DNA of 63,214 nucleotides, counting the filler. It is 4 parts of 4 records of this genome, joined end to end, with 100 filler letters (N's around TTAATTAATTAA, not from the genome) between each part and the next. Parts side by side here need not be neighbours in the genome. Positions count along the whole stretch, not along the records: positions 31,550 to 45,928 come from SRR20825019_1432; 3 more parts are not named here. The stretch is one strand, 5' to 3'. Shown one piece after another: positions 33,718 to 44,329 of this stretch; position 1 is the first letter of the stretch; each line of letters begins with the position of its first letter. The notes under the pieces were generated by a model that saw nothing but the letters and a program-made list of their open reading frames with translations, was not told where the DNA came from and made no database searches. The position numbers and the translations under genes are program-made.

Positions 33718-35001
33718 TTACTTCCACAGGCCCAGCGTACGGGGCAGCCACAGGCTGATTTCCGGTGTAAACACCAGGATGCCCAGAACGATGAGTTCCG
33801 CAAAAACGAATGGCATTACAGCGCGTGCCAGCTTCCAGTAATTTACGCCGGTCACCGTCGACACGATCAGCAGGCACCCGCCAAGTGGCGGAGAGACCAG
33901 CCCGATACACAGGTTAAAGCAAATGACGATGCCAAGGTGCACGGGATCGGCACCGTTCGCCAACGCCACAGGAGCAAGCAGTGGCACCAGCAAGGCCAAC
34001 GCCACTGGCACGTCCATCACCATCCCCGCAAGGATGAAGATCAGGTTCATCACCAGCAGGAAACCGACCGGCCCAAGGCCAATCTGATCCACCAGCCCCG
34101 CAATCGCCTGTGGGATACGTTCAAGTGCCGCAAGATGGCCAAATGCCGCGACCGCGCACAGGATCATGAAAATCGAACCGGTCAGGATCGCTGTGCGTGA
34201 AAAGCTTTCCCAGATATCCGCAAGGGTCAGCGGCGAATAAAAGAACGCAGCAACCACAGCCGCCAGCACCGCAACAGCGGCCGCTTCTGTGGGCGTCATC
34301 CACCCCAGGATGATCCCGCCCACGATGATGATCGGCAGGCACAGCGCAGGCAAAGCGGCAAAGATGGCGGCGAACAGGTTGGGCGCATCACCTTTCTCCA
34401 CCCGGGGGTGGTCGTCCCGCCAGGCAAAGAACCCGTTCACTGCAAACAAGGCCGCCGCCAGCAAAAGACCCGGCATGATCCCGGCCACGAACAACGCCGC
34501 GACCGAAGTCTGCATGAGTGCACCATAGAAAATCAGTATGATCGAAGGCGGGACAATCGGTCCGATGATCGACGAGGCGGCGGTGATGGCCCCTGCATAT
34601 TCAGCAGTGTAGCCCCGTTCGCGCATCGCGGGCACCAAGGTATTCGACAAGGCCGCCGCATCCGCAACGGCAGACCCCGAAATACCCGCAAAAAACACCG
34701 ATGTCATGATGTTCACATGGCCCAGACCGCCACGCAGCCGCCCGATCAGGGCCATCGACAGATCAATCAACGACTTGGTCACGCCACCGCGGTTCATCAG
34801 CTCACCGGCGAGAATGAACAGCGGCATCGCCAAAAGCGAGAAAACGGAAATCTGCGAAAAAACCTTTTGCGGCAGCACGGCAAGGTATCGCGTGTTGTCC
34901 GAAAGCACAAAAGTCAGCACGGCCGCGCCGCCAATGACATAGGCCAGCGCCAGACCCGAGGCCAGCAAGACCCCAGCTACTATGGGAACGATCCAGATCA
35001 T
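33718..35001 (-). CDS. dctM: TRAP transporter large permease
   Basis: LLAMPLFILAGELM, GISGSAVADAA, GPIVPPSI, TPTEAAA. Confidence 0.93.
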   Translation of the reverse strand: MIWIVPIVAGVLLASGLALAYVIGGAAVLTFVLSDNTRYLAVLPQKVFSQISVFSLLAMPLFILAGELMNRGGVTKSLIDLSMALIGRLRGGLGHVNIMTSVFFAGISGSAVADAAALSNTLVPAMRERGYTAEYAGAITAASSIIGPIVPPSIILIFYGALMQTSVAALFVAGIMPGLLLAAALFAVNGFFAWRDDHPRVEKGDAPNLFAAIFAALPALCLPIIIVGGIILGWMTPTEAAAVAVLAAVVAAFFYSPLTLADIWESFSRTAILTGSIFMILCAVAAFGHLAALERIPQAIAGLVDQIGLGPVGFLLVMNLIFILAGMVMDVPVALALLVPLLAPVALANGADPVHLGIVICFNLCIGLVSPPLGGCLLIVSTVTGVNYWKLARAVMPFVFAELIVLGILVFTPEISLWLPRTLGLWK

Positions 35002-36140
35002 CCGGCAAGCGCCTCTCTGTCGGGGGCAACGCGTGCCACATCAAAACCATGGTCGACTATGTGACCTGGAACCGGCAGGCCCTGAACAAGGGCTGCAGCC
35101 ATTTCCGCCGCCGCCGGAGCGGACTGGATGCCATAGCCCCCCTGCCCCGCCATCCAGAAAAATCCGGGCGCAACCTTGGAGAAGCCAATGACAGGCTCCT
35201 TGTCGGCGACAAAGCTGCGCAAGCCGGCCCATTTATTCTCGATGCGCCTGATGTCGAGCGAGAAGGCCGTCATGATCCGGTCCGCGCAGATTGCGATATC
35301 CAGCTCGTCCGGTTGCACGTCGCAAGGATCGACAGGGGTTTCATCTGCAGGCGAAATCAAAAGACGCCCCGCATCCGGCTTGAGATAGAAATTCTCATCT
35401 ATGTCGACGGTGATCGGTCCATCACGACCGGTAAAGCCATCAGGCTCTGCCACCACCATCGCCGTGCGCCGTTTCGGCACAAGGTTGATCGCTTCGACCT
35501 GCGCCAGCCGCCCGATCTGATCTGCCCAGGCTCCGGCAGCATTCACCACAACCGGGGCTGTAAACCTGCCCTGCTTCGCCTCGACGACCCAGCCTTCGCC
35601 CTCAGGCAACAGCGCGCGGACTTCCGCGTCCGTGATCAGCGTGCCACCACGTGCCTTGAACTGACGCAGGTATCCCTGGTGCAAGGCCGCGACATCGATG
35701 TCCTGGCCGCCGACATCCAGCATACCCGCTGCAGCATAGCCCTCGCGCAGCAAGGGCTGGTGCTCGCGCAGCGCCTCGGCGTCCAGCATTTGGACCGACG
35801 TCACGACAGAGGCTTCCTTGAACAACTCCGCCAGCGGGTCGGTCTGATCCTCGCGCGCAATCATCAGGATATCCCGCCGCGTCAGCAACGGTGCCCGAGC
35901 GAAATTTGCTGGTGGCGCATCAAAGAACGCCCGCGATGCCCGGGTCAGGGAACGCACACCCGCAGGACCGTAGTTCGGCGCAAAAACAGCGGCTGACCGA
36001 CCGGTCGTATGATAGCCGGGATGGCGTTCCATCTCCAACATGATGACGCGCATCTTGCCGGCAAGTTCAGCCGCCAGAGAGGCACCGGCGATCCCTGCAC
36101 CAATCACGACAGCGTCGGCCATATCATCCAATTCCTGCAA
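34998..36140 (-). CDS. FAD-dependent oxidoreductase (D-amino acid dehydrogenase, DauA-like)
   Basis: VIGAGIAGAS, GYHTTGRSAA, NAAGAWAD, WAGLRSF, GQGGYGIQSAPA. The true start may be the ATG at 36122. Confidence 0.88.
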   Translation of the reverse strand: MQELDDMADAVVIGAGIAGASLAAELAGKMRVIMLEMERHPGYHTTGRSAAVFAPNYGPAGVRSLTRASRAFFDAPPANFARAPLLTRRDILMIAREDQTDPLAELFKEASVVTSVQMLDAEALREHQPLLREGYAAAGMLDVGGQDIDVAALHQGYLRQFKARGGTLITDAEVRALLPEGEGWVVEAKQGRFTAPVVVNAAGAWADQIGRLAQVEAINLVPKRRTAMVVAEPDGFTGRDGPITVDIDENFYLKPDAGRLLISPADETPVDPCDVQPDELDIAICADRIMTAFSLDIRRIENKWAGLRSFVADKEPVIGFSKVAPGFFWMAGQGGYGIQSAPAAAEMAAALVQGLPVPGHIVDHGFDVARVAPDREALAG

Positions 36141-36288
36141 CGCGTCCCTCCGATGGAGTTGATTCCACGTCCGAAACGCTAACCAAAAATTTTCGAATCA
36201 CAACTAAAAATTTTCTTTTACGAAAATTATTCCCTTTTCTGACGAATGCGCATAAATTGATCCAACAATAACTGGAGGCACCTGGCCA

Positions 36289-36900
36289 ATGACAGCGGCA
36301 CACGAATTGGGCGCGCGGCTCAGGCATCTGCGCAAGTCGCGACAGCTCACGCTCAACGCTCTCGCCAAACTGTCAGGCGTCGCAGTTTCCACAATTTCCA
36401 AGATCGAGAACGGCGCACTGTCCCCGACCCTGGACAAAGTATTGCGGCTCGCAAACGGGTTGGAACTGTCCATCGGCCAGCTGATCGGCGAGGAACAGAT
36501 CGAAGGCGACAAACGTCCGCCAAACAGTCGATTTCTGCCAGCTCGCGAAGGCGAAGGCATTGTGATTGATACACAAAACTACGAGTACAGGTATCTCTGC
36601 GCCGAGCTTACAAACAAGCAGATGATACCGATCCATGCCCGCATCAAGGCGTCCGGCTTGCAGGAGTTCGGACCGCTGGAACGACATGGAGGCGAAGAGT
36701 TCCTGATCGTGCTGGACGGCGTCGTCGAAGTTCATACCGAGTTTTATGCGCCAGTCATCCTACGCCGCGGCGAGAGCATCTATCTCGACAGTACAATGGG
36801 CCACGCATATGTCAGCGCCGGAGACCAGGACGCGGAAGTGTGCTGTGTCTGCACGGAACCGCTTCGGCTTAGCGACACGGTCAAACCAGTCGTGGGCTAG
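36289..36900 (+). CDS. XRE-family transcriptional regulator with cupin domain
   Basis: N-terminal HTH (LRHLRK...STISKIENG...PTL) and C-terminal cupin (HGGEEF...GESIYLDSTMGHAY). Confidence 0.92.
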   Translation: MTAAHELGARLRHLRKSRQLTLNALAKLSGVAVSTISKIENGALSPTLDKVLRLANGLELSIGQLIGEEQIEGDKRPPNSRFLPAREGEGIVIDTQNYEYRYLCAELTNKQMIPIHARIKASGLQEFGPLERHGGEEFLIVLDGVVEVHTEFYAPVILRRGESIYLDSTMGHAYVSAGDQDAEVCCVCTEPLRLSDTVKPVVG

Positions 36901-36913
36901 GCTCTGGACCGAG

Positions 36914-37023
36914 AAGCGGGCAAATCCAGTTTACGAAAGCCCGCTTTTCAACCTTGATGGCGGATTGCCCTTCAACTCACGCGAACAGCGCCAGCGTGGT
37001 CAGGGCATTTGGCGCCCTGACCA
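36914..37023. terminator. Two hairpins between convergent genes
   Basis: AAGCGGGC..GCCCGCTTTT (36914-36948) and TGGTCAGGGC-N7-GCCCTGACCA (36997-37023). Confidence 0.5.
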
Positions 37024-37041
37024 TGCACAGGCTCAGATACC

Positions 37042-38958
37042 TCACTGACCTGCGAGAACGGATTTTCCGCGTTGCCATGCTATGGCGAGACCCAGCAAGA
37101 GAACCGCGACCCCGGCCAGCTCGAAATACCGGTCCGGAACCATCAATCCAATCGCACCAATGCCCACGATAAGCCGCTCGAAACGATAGATCCGGCCCAC
37201 CCCGTAGACATACCCTTCAAGCGCGCAGGACAAGGCAACCAGCGCGGCAATAGCGGTGCTGATCGCCATGACGATGGCAACCACATCCCCGCCCTGCAGC
37301 AGCAATGCAGGCTCGTACACGAATACGAAGGGCAGGATGAACAGGGGCGTCCCCAGTCGCATCGACGTAAACCCCGTCGCCATGCCGTTCGCCCCCGAGA
37401 TTTGCGCCGCAGTGATCGAGGCCAGCGCGACCGGTGGTGTGATATAGGACAGCATGCCCCAATACAGCACGAACAAATGCGATCCGATGGGCGACAGCCC
37501 CAGCTTGACCAGTGCAGGCGCAAGGATCGTGGCCAGAAAGATGTAACAGGCCGAAACGGTCATCCCCATGCCCAGAACGAAACTGGTGATCGCGCCCAGC
37601 ACCAGCAACAACAGCGTGCTCTGCCCGCCGTATTGAACCAACTCGCGCGAAAACGCCCCGCCCACGCCCGTGATCGCCAGCGATCCGACAACCAGCCCGA
37701 TCCCGCACAGCGTGGCGATCAGATAGGCAATGTCACGTGTGACCCCCTGTACCAGGCCAAGTGCCGCGGCAAGTTTGGGGATCTGCCGGTGGCGCAGCAG
37801 TGCAACCAAAAGCATGGCTGCGGTGGCGTAATATGCCGCGCGTGACGGGCTGACCGCGAACAACAGCACAACCAGCGCCGCCAGCGAAAACAGATGGTGC
37901 CAGCCTTGCATCACCACCTCGCGCAAGATCGGGAGTACCTGATCTGCGGGGGTGACAATGCCCTTGCGCGCGGCAAACAGGTCGACCTGCAGCAACAGCG
38001 CGATGTAATACAGCAGCGATGGCACAATCGCGGCGACGATGATCGTCGTGTAGGGCATGTCCAGAAATGACGCCATGATAAAGGCAACAGCCCCCATGAC
38101 CGGCGGCATCAACGTCCCCCCTGTCGAGGCACAGGCTTCGACTGCGCCCGCGTATTGCGCGGGGTATCCGGCCCGCTTCATTGAACTGATGGTCATGCGG
38201 CCCGTGGACAGCACGTTGGAAATCACCGAACCGGAAAGCGAACCGAACAGCGCGCTGGAAATAATGGCGACCTTGGCCGACCCGCCACGCCGGCGGCCCA
38301 TCAGCGCCATGGACAGGTCCATAAAGAACTGCGCGCCGCCAACGGCGTTCAACACAGCACCAAAGATGATAAACCCGACAAGCGTATCCGCCACCACGCG
38401 CAATGGAATTCCGATCAGGCTTTCCACCCCCATCACATGCGCCGCCGCTGTTTCGGTCAGCGACAAAGACGGCCCCCAGAGAAATCCGGGCATATGCTCT
38501 GCAAAAAGCGGATAGGTGGCAAAGAATGCGCAAATCACCAAAAGCAGCGTGCCACCGGACCGGCGCAGCGCCTCAAGCGACAGCAGCACCATCACAATCG
38601 ACACGGCCGCAGCCGTAGTCGGCGCCACCACGTCCCATCCTTGCGTCAAGATCAGCTCGGCATTGATCGCAAAATAGATCCCGGACGCCAGGGCCAGCGC
38701 AGCAAGCACCCAGTCCACCAGATTGACACGCATCTGCATGGCTCCGGTGCGCGGCGGCAGCAACAAAAACGCCGCCGCAAGGAAAATCCCGATCAACAGG
38801 TAATAGTACCTGTTCGACAACAGCGGAAAGACCCCGAACAGCGACAGATTGAAGGTTTGCAGAACAATGCCGACAAGGCCTGCTGCCCCAAGGATGCCCA
38901 CAGATATGCGGGCGGGGGTGTTCAGTCGCTCAATCGGGCCTTCGTTGGACGCTTGCAT
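37042..38958 (-). CDS. TRAP transporter fused permease (4TM/12TM, TAXI type)
   Basis: GGSAKVAIISS, EACASTGGTLMPPVMGAVAF, LGMGM, SYITPPVALAS. Confidence 0.92.
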   Translation of the reverse strand: MQASNEGPIERLNTPARISVGILGAAGLVGIVLQTFNLSLFGVFPLLSNRYYYLLIGIFLAAAFLLLPPRTGAMQMRVNLVDWVLAALALASGIYFAINAELILTQGWDVVAPTTAAAVSIVMVLLSLEALRRSGGTLLLVICAFFATYPLFAEHMPGFLWGPSLSLTETAAAHVMGVESLIGIPLRVVADTLVGFIIFGAVLNAVGGAQFFMDLSMALMGRRRGGSAKVAIISSALFGSLSGSVISNVLSTGRMTISSMKRAGYPAQYAGAVEACASTGGTLMPPVMGAVAFIMASFLDMPYTTIIVAAIVPSLLYYIALLLQVDLFAARKGIVTPADQVLPILREVVMQGWHHLFSLAALVVLLFAVSPSRAAYYATAAMLLVALLRHRQIPKLAAALGLVQGVTRDIAYLIATLCGIGLVVGSLAITGVGGAFSRELVQYGGQSTLLLLVLGAITSFVLGMGMTVSACYIFLATILAPALVKLGLSPIGSHLFVLYWGMLSYITPPVALASITAAQISGANGMATGFTSMRLGTPLFILPFVFVYEPALLLQGGDVVAIVMAISTAIAALVALSCALEGYVYGVGRIYRFERLIVGIGAIGLMVPDRYFELAGVAVLLLGLAIAWQRGKSVLAGQ

Positions 38959-39025
38959 TTGGATACCTCGGGGTCAGCGGTCAGGAAAATGGTCCCCGTC
39001 CATTGTTTCAGGACGGGGACAAACA

Positions 39026-40159
39026 TTATTTTTCGATTGCGGTCCGGTGCTCTTCCCAGAACGTCGGCCAGTCCTTGGAAGAGATGTTTTGGTCCATCGC
39101 CTCTTCGGTCGCGGTCTCCCATGCGGCCATCACGTTTTCAAGCCGGGCAAGCCGCGCATCGTTCCACGCCTGGTCCTTGTCCGTCCACACGCCGATCTCT
39201 TTCAGATACCGGATGGCACCGGGATGGAACGGCGCGTCCTGCGGTGTTGTGCCGGCCTCGCTGATGGCCCAGTTCGGCATCGCAGATGTTGCATCCTTGT
39301 AGATATCAAAGCTTTCGTCCAGCGCCTTGATAAAGTTATAGACCTCGTTTTCATCGGCATCGGCGTAAGCCGTGATCATCGGGTAGCGCACTGCAAAAAT
39401 CTGTGCCGGATTGTCTTCCGAGATGCCCGCGCCGGTGGTGACGGTTGCAGGGGCAAAGAAACTTGCGACATCTGTCACCGCAGCCCAGCCTTCTGCGTTG
39501 TCTTCCGGCAGGGGCGCCCAGCTCAATCCGCGCGACGAACCTTCCAGCTCGTACAGAGTGGCCGCGGTAGGAGTGGTGCCCGCGGCATCTGCCTGACCAT
39601 CGACCAGCGCCTGAAGCGCCGCGCCATAGGATGGAACCTCGACCACCTGCACGTCATCCCATGTCAGACCGGCAAAGGCGAGCATCGCTTCGACCTTGAT
39701 GTTGATCGACGGGTTTGCCTTGATCCGAGGCACGCGCTTGCCGCGAATGTCCGCGATGGTCTTGATCCCGCTGTCGGTCGCAATCGCCATGCCAAAGGTC
39801 GACGGCCGCCCGGCGACGATGCGCAAATCCTGCGGACCCCATTCCTGCACCGAGAAATCATAAAGCGCTTCGGTCGCAAAATAGACTTCGTTGGCGAGCC
39901 AGCCGTATTGCACGCGGCCTGTCTTGAGCGGCAGCAGGCGCCCGATGGAGGTGCCGGAGGGCATGATCCGCACCCGCGTGTCGAACTTCTTGCCGAAAGC
40001 ATCCGCAACGGCAGAGGCTTCGGTATAGCCGCTGGATCCGACGTCATACGTCGACCAGAGCATTGAGCGTGCAAGCTCTGTTTCCTGCGCCGCGGCCGGC
40101 ATGACCGACGCGATGGCAATCGCCGTCGCACCAAGTGTTTTGAGCAAAATGTTAGACAT
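39026..40159 (-). CDS. TAXI-family TRAP solute-binding protein
   Basis: Signal peptide, WSTYDVGSSGY, PFHPGAIRY. Confidence 0.9.
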   Translation of the reverse strand: MSNILLKTLGATAIAIASVMPAAAQETELARSMLWSTYDVGSSGYTEASAVADAFGKKFDTRVRIMPSGTSIGRLLPLKTGRVQYGWLANEVYFATEALYDFSVQEWGPQDLRIVAGRPSTFGMAIATDSGIKTIADIRGKRVPRIKANPSINIKVEAMLAFAGLTWDDVQVVEVPSYGAALQALVDGQADAAGTTPTAATLYELEGSSRGLSWAPLPEDNAEGWAAVTDVASFFAPATVTTGAGISEDNPAQIFAVRYPMITAYADADENEVYNFIKALDESFDIYKDATSAMPNWAISEAGTTPQDAPFHPGAIRYLKEIGVWTDKDQAWNDARLARLENVMAAWETATEEAMDQNISSKDWPTFWEEHRTAIEK

Positions 40160-40211
40160 GTAGGTTCCTCCCTGTGAATGTCGTTCGATCCGTCTGCTGT
40201 CTCTTTGGACC

Positions 40212-41414
40212 TCAGATGTTGCGTTTGTCGGGCGTGATCCCTTTCTGGGTCAGTGCCGAAATGTCATCGGCAGAGAACCCTGCTTCTGACAGAATCTCCT
40301 CGCGGTGCTCTGCGAACTTCGGCGGCTTGCGCCGATAGCTGGCCGGCGTGGCGGCCGCTTTGACCGGCGCGCCCAACCCGGTGTAGTCCCCGATGCTGAC
40401 CCGCATCTGCCGGTGTGCGGTGTGCGGATGCGCCAAGGCTTCGCCCACGTCCAGAACCGGCCCCGCCGGTACACCGCCTTCGATCAGCTTTGTGGCCAGC
40501 GTATTGGCGTCATGACTGGCCAGAACCGCCTCGAGAACCTCGCGCAAGGCCGCGCGGTTTTTCACACGGTTTCCATTGGAGGAAAACCGTGGATCGGTCG
40601 CAATGTCAGGGGCGTCTATCAGTTCACACAGCCGCGCGAACTGGCGGTCATTTCCAACCGAAAGATAAATCGGCCGCCCACCTGTCGCATAGGCCGAATA
40701 GGGCGAGATATTGGGGTGATCATTGCCGGTAAGCTTTGGCAGTTTTCCCGACAGGGCATAATTTGCGGCATGCGGATGCAACAGCGACAACGCGCTGTCA
40801 AACAGTGCCGCCTCGATGAACTGACCCATTCCGGTCCTGGAGCGATGATGCAGCGCCAGCAATATGCCCTGGACCGCATTCATGCCCGTGACCATATCAA
40901 CCAGCGGCAGTCCCACCCGTGTCGGGCCGCTCTCCTCGGTGCCGTTCACGCTCATCAGACCGCCCATGGCCTGCAGGATCGCGTCATAGCCGGGCAAACC
41001 GCCCATTGGTCCGTCGGCCCCAAATCCGCTGACCCTGCAATAGATCAGGGCCGGAAACCGTTCGCGCAGAACCTCGGGGCCTATGCCCCACCGTTCCATC
41101 GTGCCGGTCTTGAAATTCTCAAGCACGACATCCGCATCCGCCAACAGGCGCATCAGCACATCGCGACCTTCCTCTTGCCGCAAATCCAGCGCCAGCGCGC
41201 GCTTGTTGCGGTTGATGCCGATGAAATAGGATGCGGTTTCCTCTTGGAACGGCGGGCCCCACTCGCGGGTTTCATCGCCCGAGGGCGGCTCGACCTTGAT
41301 CACATCCGCGCCATGGTCGCCCAATATCTGCCCGGCGATCGGCCCGCCCAGCACGCGCGACAGATCGACGACTTTCAGACCATCAAGCGCACTTGTGTTC
41401 GGAACCACCGTCAT
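40212..41414 (-). CDS. CaiB/BaiF family (class III) CoA transferase
   Basis: LDGLKVVDLSRVLGGP, GADVIKVEPP, NRNKR, GYDAILQAMGGLMS. Confidence 0.93.
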   Translation of the reverse strand: MTVVPNTSALDGLKVVDLSRVLGGPIAGQILGDHGADVIKVEPPSGDETREWGPPFQEETASYFIGINRNKRALALDLRQEEGRDVLMRLLADADVVLENFKTGTMERWGIGPEVLRERFPALIYCRVSGFGADGPMGGLPGYDAILQAMGGLMSVNGTEESGPTRVGLPLVDMVTGMNAVQGILLALHHRSRTGMGQFIEAALFDSALSLLHPHAANYALSGKLPKLTGNDHPNISPYSAYATGGRPIYLSVGNDRQFARLCELIDAPDIATDPRFSSNGNRVKNRAALREVLEAVLASHDANTLATKLIEGGVPAGPVLDVGEALAHPHTAHRQMRVSIGDYTGLGAPVKAAATPASYRRKPPKFAEHREEILSEAGFSADDISALTQKGITPDKRNI

Positions 41415-43153
41415 TGCGCTGCAATCTGCGTTTGCGTGGTGACATCGCTGACCAGCGCGCGATTCAACAGCGCTGCAATGGCGGCATCGTCTTCGGATGA
41501 TCCGGCGGCCGGTGCGGCCAAAGGATCATGCGTGGTCAGCTTGTGGGCAATAACCGCATCCGCCAAACGCTTGCGGTCGCCGGAATACCCGGCATCACCC
41601 GAAAGCTTCGCATCTTCCCAAACCATGATCGCCGCAGAGGTGGCATTGTAAACCGCGCTGGCAGCGGCGCGCACATCGCATTCGCGCGCACGGTCATTGG
41701 CAACGGCATCCAGCAGATCGGCAGCGCGGTCGAAACAAGCCGCCACCTTGGCAACGTCGGTGCCCGCCTCACGGGCGTCATCCAAAAGCGTTCCGACATA
41801 GGCCCGCAAGGCATCCAACGCCCCGGCGCGACGCACCGCGCGCGCCACGTCAAGAGCCACGATGTTACTAGTGCCCTCCCAGATCGAGCCGAGATGCGCA
41901 TCGCGCAGAACACGCGCGTCCGACCATTCCTCGATATAGCCACAGCCGCCGCGCACCTCCATGCCGTCGCCCGCGACCTTGCGCGCGTCACGGCAGGTGC
42001 GGAACTTTATCAACGGCGTCAGAATGCGCAGGACCTTGGCCATCTCGGCGTCGCCCGCATCTGCCGCCTGCAACACGCGTGCCGTATGAAAGACCATCGA
42101 ACGCCCTTGCTCGGCGGTGACCAGCATTTTCATCAGCTGCCGACGCATCAGCGGCAGGTCGATCAACTGCTTCCCAAAGGCGGTGCGGTTCTGCGAGATG
42201 AACAGCGCTTCGGACACCGCGCGCCGCATCAACCCCGCCGATCGCACGCCATTGGCCAAACGCGACATGTTGATCATGTCGGTCATTTGCTTGAACCCCT
42301 GTCCGGCATCGCCCACCAGATAGGCCGTGGCTCCTCCCAGGGCGATTTCGCCACTGGCCATGGACTTGGTGCCCATTTTGTCTTTCAGCCGCAAAATGCG
42401 ATAGGCGTTCCTGGTCCCATTCGGCAAAATCCGCGGCAGCAGGAACAACGACAACCCGCCCGTGCCCGGCGCTGCCCCCTCGGGCCGGGCAAGCACCATG
42501 CCAAGCGCGGCATCCGGGTTGGAGCAGAACCACTTGTCGCCGGACAGCTTCCATTCGCCATCAACCAGCTTCGCCGTGGTTTCGATGGCCCCCACATCCG
42601 ATCCGGCAAGCTGTTCGGTCATGAACATCGAGCCTTGGAAAACCTCGTCCATGTCCTGGCTGGTCAACTGGTCGAAATAGGTGTCGATCAGCTCTTTGGA
42701 GCCGAATTTGACCAATGTACGGGTCAGAGAATCCGTCATCGACAACGGACAGCACAGACCAAATTCAGCCTGCACGAACAAATAGACCAGCGCGTATTTC
42801 ATCATCGGCGGCAGCGGGGTTTCGGACCCGAACACGCCTGCACGATGCGACATCGCGGCAAGGCCGAATTCCCCAAACGCATAGCGTTCCAGCTCCACAT
42901 AGGCAGGGTGTTTGTGCACCGCCTCCAGATCGGCACCATTGCGGGCGCGAATTTGCAGGGTTGGCGGGTTCTTGTCCGCCGTCAGTGCCAGCTTTTCCAA
43001 CGCGCTGCCGACCAGGGCGCCCATGCGATCCAGTTCAGCAAGGTAACGCGCGTCCTGCCCCAGATACAGCCGGGTCAGGTCCTGCAGCGCGGAATCGGCC
43101 GCAAAGGCGTTCAAACCGGCGCTGTCGGGGATGTTCTTGTGAATGGTCGGCAT
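41411..43153 (-). CDS. Acyl-CoA dehydrogenase, AidB-like subfamily
   Basis: CPLSMTD, MFMTEQLAGSDV, GDKWFCS, KDKMGTKSMASGE, IWEGTSNIVALD. The ATG at 43153 has an upstream GGAG. Confidence 0.9.
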   Translation of the reverse strand: MPTIHKNIPDSAGLNAFAADSALQDLTRLYLGQDARYLAELDRMGALVGSALEKLALTADKNPPTLQIRARNGADLEAVHKHPAYVELERYAFGEFGLAAMSHRAGVFGSETPLPPMMKYALVYLFVQAEFGLCCPLSMTDSLTRTLVKFGSKELIDTYFDQLTSQDMDEVFQGSMFMTEQLAGSDVGAIETTAKLVDGEWKLSGDKWFCSNPDAALGMVLARPEGAAPGTGGLSLFLLPRILPNGTRNAYRILRLKDKMGTKSMASGEIALGGATAYLVGDAGQGFKQMTDMINMSRLANGVRSAGLMRRAVSEALFISQNRTAFGKQLIDLPLMRRQLMKMLVTAEQGRSMVFHTARVLQAADAGDAEMAKVLRILTPLIKFRTCRDARKVAGDGMEVRGGCGYIEEWSDARVLRDAHLGSIWEGTSNIVALDVARAVRRAGALDALRAYVGTLLDDAREAGTDVAKVAACFDRAADLLDAVANDRARECDVRAAASAVYNATSAAIMVWEDAKLSGDAGYSGDRKRLADAVIAHKLTTHDPLAAPAAGSSEDDAAIAALLNRALVSDVTTQTQIAAQ

Positions 43154-43291
43154 CTGGTCGTCTCCTCGGGTCGTCATCGAGCAGACACGTTCCGGCCTGC
43201 GCATTTACCGCCGGACCTTGACCTGTAGACAATTCCAATACCAATATTAGTTTCGTATTTCGCGATAGCAAAAAGCAAATGGATCAGCACC

Positions 43292-44182
43292 ATGGCCATC
43301 ACGTTCCGACAGCTCGAACAATTTCTTGTTCTCAGCAAAGAGCTGCACTTCGGGCGTGCGGCGACGTTGCTGAACATCTCGCAACCACCGCTCAGCACCA
43401 GCATGAAACAGCTCGAAGCCAACTTGGGCTTTGCGCTTCTGGATCGCGGGAAACGCGGCGTGCGGCTGACCCCGGCGGGGGTGATATTCGCCGATCATTG
43501 CGCCCGGATTCTGGGGCAACTTGATTCAGCGCGGGCTCTGGCGGAACAAAAGGCCAAAGGCGCGGCGGGGCGTATTTCGGTGTCTTTCGTCCCTTCAATG
43601 CTGTTTCGCAACCTGCCCAGATCGCTCCGGAATTTCGAAGATCTCTATCCCGCCGCGGAACTGTCCCTGCACGAAATGAACACACAGCGCCAGGTTGACA
43701 GCCTGTTGCAGCGAAAGATGGACATCGGCTTCATTCACGCCGTACCGCTGCCGCCAGAGATCAAATCCCACCGCATCGAAACCGAGCGTTTGATGTGCTG
43801 TGTGCCGCGCCAGCATCGACTCGCCGGTCGCAGCCGCATCGCGATATCAGAGATGGCCGGTGAAAAGGTGCTGGTGTTCGCGCGCGAATTCGCCCCCCAT
43901 TATCACGACCGCATCGTCGGCCTGCTGCGTGGGGCCGACGTGGAACCCTCTGCTCTTTTTGACGTGCAGCACTGGTTTACGGTGATTGCCCTTATCGCGC
44001 AGGGCATGGGAATTTCGCTGGTGCCACAATCGCTGTCGCGGTCTTCCATGGCCGATGTCATCTATATCGAAGTGGACGACGCCAATGCCGAGCACGTGGT
44101 CGAAATGATCTGGCATGGCGACAACCAGAGCAATCTGGCATCGACATTTCTGCGCTACATCCACCTTCATGGATTGTCGTGA
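43292..44182 (+). CDS. LysR-family transcriptional regulator
   Basis: ELHFGRAATLLNISQPPLS HTH. Divergent from the acyl-CoA dehydrogenase operon. Confidence 0.93.
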   Translation: MAITFRQLEQFLVLSKELHFGRAATLLNISQPPLSTSMKQLEANLGFALLDRGKRGVRLTPAGVIFADHCARILGQLDSARALAEQKAKGAAGRISVSFVPSMLFRNLPRSLRNFEDLYPAAELSLHEMNTQRQVDSLLQRKMDIGFIHAVPLPPEIKSHRIETERLMCCVPRQHRLAGRSRIAISEMAGEKVLVFAREFAPHYHDRIVGLLRGADVEPSALFDVQHWFTVIALIAQGMGISLVPQSLSRSSMADVIYIEVDDANAEHVVEMIWHGDNQSNLASTFLRYIHLHGLS

Positions 44183-44329
44183 CAGATTTCAAAAGACCGC
44201 ACGCCGCCTAAGTTCATCGCCCGGCAATATCGAAGGGATGTCCTGGGCTTTGATTTTCAGAGATTGGCCAAGATGTTTGCCCCGCAGGACAAATCACCCC
44301 CTCTGCCAGACCTCTGAAAAAGCACTCGT

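Noticed and set aside
40305-43228. 448-aa and 566-aa plus-strand ORFs
   Set aside because: Antisense shadows of the CoA transferase and acyl-CoA dehydrogenase.
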